Part shown: positions 59,747 through 64,000 of the stretch, one piece after another
How the letters are laid out: each line of letters begins with the position of its first letter
How positions within the stretch are numbered: the first letter of the stretch is position 1
Source of the DNA: an uncultured Desulfobacter sp.
GTDB lineage: Bacteria; Desulfobacterota; Desulfobacteria; Desulfobacterales; Desulfobacteraceae
DNA: 64,000 bases
Direction: 5' to 3'
NCBI GenBank assembly: GCA_963665095.1
Contig: OY762069.1
Coordinates: 6,080,001-6,144,000, forward strand
Notes under the pieces: generated by a model
The model's database searches: none
The model's input: only the letters and a program-made list of their open reading frames with translations
What the model was told of the DNA's origin: nothing
Position numbers and translations under genes: made by a program

Positions 59747-59765
59747 AAGAGTAACGGAGTTAATA

Positions 59766-61064
59766 ATGATTCGATTAAGCAGGATTACCGAAGACACCGT
59801 ACTTTCACACAATTCCCATGCCATTTATCCCGGCGCGCATTGTGCGTTTTTCGGTGTGGCCGGAATGGTCCCTCTGATTAAGGACAGCTATGCACTGATG
59901 GTTGGACCTACGGTGTGTCTGTATAATGCAAAGCTGATGATCAATTTGAGATCCCTGACATCCGAACCCCGGCCGGACAATCTGCTCTTGTTGCCCATTT
60001 CCCAGGAAGATGTGATTTTCGGTGCCAGGGAAAAGGTGCGCCAGGGCATCATTGAGGCTGACAGGCAATATCATCCCAAGGTCCTTTTCGTGGTTACCAC
60101 CTGTGTTCAGGAAATAATTGGTGAAGATTTTGATCTGTTCGTTGAAGAGGTCCGGCCGGAAGTGGATGCCACGCTATTGGTGGTTCATACGGATAATTTT
60201 ACCTGTGAAGATGCCTCACCCGGTATAGAGCGTACCTACCTTGCCCTTTCCGAACTGATGCAGCCTCAGAACCTTGTCCCGGGATCCGTCAATTTTCTGG
60301 GATTGCGGGCCCCGGGTGGCAGAAAAACCGAACCTGCCCGCCTGCTGGAAAAAAACGGCATAAAAATAAACAATGTTATTCCTTCATACAGTACCCCCGA
60401 AGATATCAGCCGTGCACCTGAATCCTCATTGAATATCGTTCTGGAACACTTTGCTTTGCCTCTTGCCCAGAAAATGGCCCGGCAGTTCGCCACACCATAT
60501 CTGTTTTGTGAACGGCCATATACGCCGGATGCCATTGAGGCCTGGTATTGTCAGATTGCAGATAGACTGGGCATAGACATTGACAGGGATATCCGCCGGT
60601 TAAAAGAGGAGACAAAAGCATGTATGAAAGAACGGGCAGCCACCCTTGAAGGCAGCACCTTTATCCTGGGAATGCAGCAGGGGCGCACTTTTGATATAGC
60701 ACAATTTTTAGTCCAGATGGGAATGACGCCTCTATTGATCTATGTGAACCGGATCCATTCACACGATTATGAAGATATTGCATCGTTGCTGTCCTGTGGC
60801 GTTGACCCCTTTGTAATGAAAAGTGGGGATGCGTTAAGAAGTGATGAAATACTCAATGAGCTGAAACCCGATTACTTCATCGGCCATGGAGACCGGCGGA
60901 CATTGGCCTCTTTTGGTGTGAAATCCCGCAGTCTGATCCGTGTCTATGATTTTCCGGGTTTTGAAGGGGCTCAGCAGGCGGCTCAATTATTGGAAATGCC
61001 ATTAACCGGGGACGGCGTTCTGAACTATAAGGAACAGTATATCGCCAGCAGCAAAGGAGTTTGA
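59766..61064 (+). CDS. Nitrogenase component 1-like protein, D/N-type subunit (NflD-like)
   Basis: PGAHC(26), GPTVC(51), EDVIFG, VTTC(113)VQEIIGED, VNFLG. Confidence 0.88.
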   Translation: MIRLSRITEDTVLSHNSHAIYPGAHCAFFGVAGMVPLIKDSYALMVGPTVCLYNAKLMINLRSLTSEPRPDNLLLLPISQEDVIFGAREKVRQGIIEADRQYHPKVLFVVTTCVQEIIGEDFDLFVEEVRPEVDATLLVVHTDNFTCEDASPGIERTYLALSELMQPQNLVPGSVNFLGLRAPGGRKTEPARLLEKNGIKINNVIPSYSTPEDISRAPESSLNIVLEHFALPLAQKMARQFATPYLFCERPYTPDAIEAWYCQIADRLGIDIDRDIRRLKEETKACMKERAATLEGSTFILGMQQGRTFDIAQFLVQMGMTPLLIYVNRIHSHDYEDIASLLSCGVDPFVMKSGDALRSDEILNELKPDYFIGHGDRRTLASFGVKSRSLIRVYDFPGFEGAQQAAQLLEMPLTGDGVLNYKEQYIASSKGV

Positions 61065-61068
61065 AAAA

Positions 61069-62340
61069 ATGGCCTTGATAATGAAAAACGCCCCGGTGCC
61101 GTCTGATTACTTTGGTACGTTATGGGCGCTTTCCGGAATTAAAAACAATCTGATTTTAGAACATGGGGCAACAGGTACGGCATTTTATAATGCTGTGAGC
61201 TATATGGTCATGAACAAACAGTCTCCTAAAGGCAAGTTGTTTACGACCGGACTGGATGAAGACGATGTTGTTATGGGGCGGGAGGAGAAGCTCATTAAAG
61301 CTGCCAGAGAACTGGATGAAAAATATCATCCTGAACTGATTTCTCTTGCCGCCACCGCAGTGACATCGGTTATCGGTCTTGATCTGGAAGGGCTTTGCCT
61401 GGAACTGCAACCTGAAATAAATGCCAGGCTGCTTTCGTTTACCGGCGGCGGTTTTATCGGAGACTATACTGCCGGCCTTAAAGATGTTTTTTTGTCACTG
61501 GTGAAGAATCTGACCCGTGAATCAAACCAAAAAGAACGTTGCAGTGTGAATTTGATCGGGCCGACCATCGACAGTTTCAATTACCCTTCTGATCTCACTG
61601 AAATCCGGCGCTTATTGTCTCTTATCAATGTAAATGTAAACACAATTTTTACACAGAATACCAGTGTGGCTGAAATTGAGCATCTTACATCAGCCTCTTT
61701 GAATGTCGTAACCCGTGATATCGGTCTGGATGCAGCTAAATATCTGAAAGATACCTATGACATGCCGTATTATCACCATCTTCCCTTTGGTCTCAAAGGA
61801 AGTGTTGAGTTCCTTGAGACTATTGCCGAACGGCTCGGCCTTTCCATAAGCCGGAGGGCGATCGCCAAAGAGTTGACGCAATACGGCCATACCCTTGCCG
61901 AGTTATCTTCGTGGTGGCACCGTTACGGGCATTTGCGTGTCATTGTCTCCTGCCCCTATGACTATGCTCTGGGACTCACCCGGTTCATCAGCAGGGAATG
62001 GGGGCTTTGCGTGCATGCCGTGGTTTTCCCGACACCGCCTGAGGTGCCGGATGCCGCTGACACCTTCCATCGCCTGGGGGTGAAAAAAGTCCTGTCCGCT
62101 CCTTTGGAAAGAGAGCTTCAGGCCCTCTATGATGACATTGGACCCCATATTCTGTTTGGAAACGCATATGATTTTGCATTGGCGCAAAACGTGCCCATCC
62201 GCATTCACGCATCCACACCGGCCTATGACCATCTTTATCTTTATGATGGCGCACCCTTTGTCGGTTTCAGGGGCAGTTTATATTTAACGCAGTCGTTGAT
62301 CAATCATCTCAACCAGTACCGGGAGAAAGAAAAATCATGA
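61069..62340 (+). CDS. Nitrogenase component 1-like protein, K/B-type subunit (NflK-like) lacking cluster Cys
   Basis: [37 protein letters not shown] and PFVGFRG motifs. Confidence 0.85.
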   Translation: MALIMKNAPVPSDYFGTLWALSGIKNNLILEHGATGTAFYNAVSYMVMNKQSPKGKLFTTGLDEDDVVMGREEKLIKAARELDEKYHPELISLAATAVTSVIGLDLEGLCLELQPEINARLLSFTGGGFIGDYTAGLKDVFLSLVKNLTRESNQKERCSVNLIGPTIDSFNYPSDLTEIRRLLSLINVNVNTIFTQNTSVAEIEHLTSASLNVVTRDIGLDAAKYLKDTYDMPYYHHLPFGLKGSVEFLETIAERLGLSISRRAIAKELTQYGHTLAELSSWWHRYGHLRVIVSCPYDYALGLTRFISREWGLCVHAVVFPTPPEVPDAADTFHRLGVKKVLSAPLERELQALYDDIGPHILFGNAYDFALAQNVPIRIHASTPAYDHLYLYDGAPFVGFRGSLYLTQSLINHLNQYREKEKS

Positions 62341-63116
62341 GGAAAATAGCCATTTACGGAAAGGGCGGGATCGGCAAATCAACGACCACGGCAAATCTGG
62401 CCGCAGCTTTAACGGATATGGGCTTCTGCGTTCTTCAGATCGGGTGTGATCCAAAAGCAGACTCAACAAGTATGTTAACCGGCGGCAGGATGATTCCGTC
62501 CATTCTTGATGTGGTCCGGGAGAGCAAAAACCGTGTGAAACTCGAAGATATTGTTTTTAAAGGGTATGGCGGAACGTTATGCGCGGAATCCGGAGGCCCC
62601 ATGCCCGGGGTGGGATGTGCCGGCAGGGGGATTATTGCTGCGTTCAACACCCTTGAAACATTAAATGTTTTTGACGTTTATCAGCCGGACATCGTGTTAT
62701 ACGACGTTCTTGGAGACGTCGTTTGCGGCGGGTTTGCCATGCCCCTTCGAAACGGCTACGCAAAGGAAGTGTATATTGTGACATCCGGAGAGAAAATGTC
62801 CCTGTTCGCAGCCAAAAACATTTCCAGGGCTGTGGATCAGTTCAAAGGCCGGGGATATGCCCGTTTAAACGGGGTGATCTTAAACTGCCGGGGCGTCCCG
62901 GATGAACATGATTTGGTGCAGCGGGCAGCTGATGAGATGAATACCCGTATCCTTATTGATATTCCGCGTGCTTCAGTGGTGCAGCAATGCGAAGAGAAAA
63001 ATGTCACTGTGATCCAAGGCGCTCCGGATTCAAAAATGGCAAATGCCTATCGAAAGCTGGCAAAAATTATTGCAGGAGGCACTGATCTTAATACAGACTG
63101 CGTATCAGGGGATTGA
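62337..63116 (+). CDS. NifH/BchL-family Fe protein (NflH-like)
   Basis: [27 protein letters not shown] and [14 protein letters not shown]. Confidence 0.95.
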   Translation: MRKIAIYGKGGIGKSTTTANLAAALTDMGFCVLQIGCDPKADSTSMLTGGRMIPSILDVVRESKNRVKLEDIVFKGYGGTLCAESGGPMPGVGCAGRGIIAAFNTLETLNVFDVYQPDIVLYDVLGDVVCGGFAMPLRNGYAKEVYIVTSGEKMSLFAAKNISRAVDQFKGRGYARLNGVILNCRGVPDEHDLVQRAADEMNTRILIDIPRASVVQQCEEKNVTVIQGAPDSKMANAYRKLAKIIAGGTDLNTDCVSGD

Positions 63117-63139
63117 TGCAAACCGGTTTCCGGATAATA

Positions 63140-64000
63140 TTATCCTTTTGAAAGGGACAGGGAAATCTCGTACACTCCCCCCTCAAGTTTTGACTTCAGG
63201 GGCAGACCGGACTTTTCAAATACCTTGATCATGGGTTGGTTTTCCGGCAGCACCTGGGCATAAATGGTTTCAATATTGCGTTTTTTTGCTTCAGAGATAA
63301 GCAGCTTCATGAGATAGGTGCCCACACCGATTCCCTGGAATGCTTCATCAATGAGGAAGGCTACTTCCCCGGCCTTGGTGTTTTCTCCGGTTACCAGGCG
63401 GGCTTCAGCCACCATTTTGCCTTCACCTTTTTTGCCGGCAAACCCTACCACGGAAAATTCAGTGGCATAGTCCACATTCACATACTCCTGCATTTTATCG
63501 TGGCTCATGGTTTTGACCGAATAAAAGAACCGGTAGAACACGGTCTCCTTGGAACAGCGGTAGAAGAAACGGCGCATGGCCTCTTCGTCCGAAGGCTTCA
63601 TGGCCCTGAACCTCAAGGTTTTTCCACCTTTGAAGGTTTTGGTGTCTGCCACATGTTCAGGATAGAGATGGGCAGACCGGCTGACAAAGATCTGGTTGGA
63701 GTATAGGATTTTTTTATCCCTGGCCTCTTTAACCAGATCCTCCCGGTCATCGGGATGGGCCACGTCAATGATGGCCTGGGCCCGCTCCCGTATGGGCCGC
63801 CACTTGAGCATGGCCACCCCGTATTCCGTGGCCAGGACATGGATGGATTCGCGCAGACGCAGCTGGTTCACGTATTTCTGGATGCTGAACCGGATGTTGG
63901 GCTCTCCGTTTTCATCCCGGGAGGGCATGCCGATGATGGTGGCGCCGTCCTTGGACGCCTCTGCCCCTCTGTAAAAATCAATGCCCTCTCCGGGGCCTGA
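63140..64000 (-). CDS. Bifunctional acetyl-CoA hydrolase/transferase-GNAT fusion, 3' part (start outside window)
   Basis: ATEYGVA.L...RERA..II.VAHPDDR (CoA transferase C-terminus) followed by Pat-type GNAT (NVDY, EVAFLI, QGIGVG). Confidence 0.85.
   Translation of the reverse strand, partial: SGPGEGIDFYRGAEASKDGATIIGMPSRDENGEPNIRFSIQKYVNQLRLRESIHVLATEYGVAMLKWRPIRERAQAIIDVAHPDDREDLVKEARDKKILYSNQIFVSRSAHLYPEHVADTKTFKGGKTLRFRAMKPSDEEAMRRFFYRCSKETVFYRFFYSVKTMSHDKMQEYVNVDYATEFSVVGFAGKKGEGKMVAEARLVTGENTKAGEVAFLIDEAFQGIGVGTYLMKLLISEAKKRNIETIYAQVLPENQPMIKVFEKSGLPLKSKLEGGVYEISLSLSKG

Noticed and set aside
59766..63116. Calling the locus a true nitrogenase (nifHDK)
   Set aside because: Subunits are short (432 and 423 aa), subunit 2 lacks P-cluster Cys, no FeMo-co ligand motifs were recognised, there is no nifB/E/N, and gene order is D-K-H.
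1..64000. CRISPR arrays, rRNA/tRNA genes, transposases or integrases
   Set aside because: No regularly spaced repeats, cloverleafs or recombinase motifs were seen by eye; short or degenerate ones could have been missed.

Overview
Bacterial chromosomal window; gene content suggests a sulfate-reducing Desulfobacteraceae-type deltaproteobacterium (inference only). (1) 1-10.7 kb is a defence island. A four-gene 'restriction-like' system (DUF499 ATPase, DUF3780, DUF1156 methylase, PLD-SNF2 helicase) has a three-gene Menshen-like cassette (DUF262, ABC-type ATPase/DUF3696, RelE-like effector) inserted inside it. (2) 11-45 kb is mixed metabolism and transport: URO-D family protein, TRAP transporter, MarR-MMPL-LolA-like-DUF1302 operon with a visible operator pair, several decayed gene mosaics, cobalamin-riboswitch-controlled bzaF-cobT, an amidohydrolase/porin module, queDEC and mmuM. 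(3) 46.3-63.1 kb is a co-directional 15-gene cluster: DUF4198, TonB receptor, two ABC importers, two SAM methyltransferases and a nitrogenase-like NflD/NflK/NflH reductase. Its Cys pattern is DPOR-like (no P-cluster or FeMo-co ligand set), and it sits behind a long structured leader. This is the best candidate for an undescribed system. Three diverged copies of a 120-155 bp palindromic repeat sit directly at stop codons. No rRNA, tRNA, CRISPR array or transposase was seen. All family calls come from motifs recognised by eye, not from database searches.
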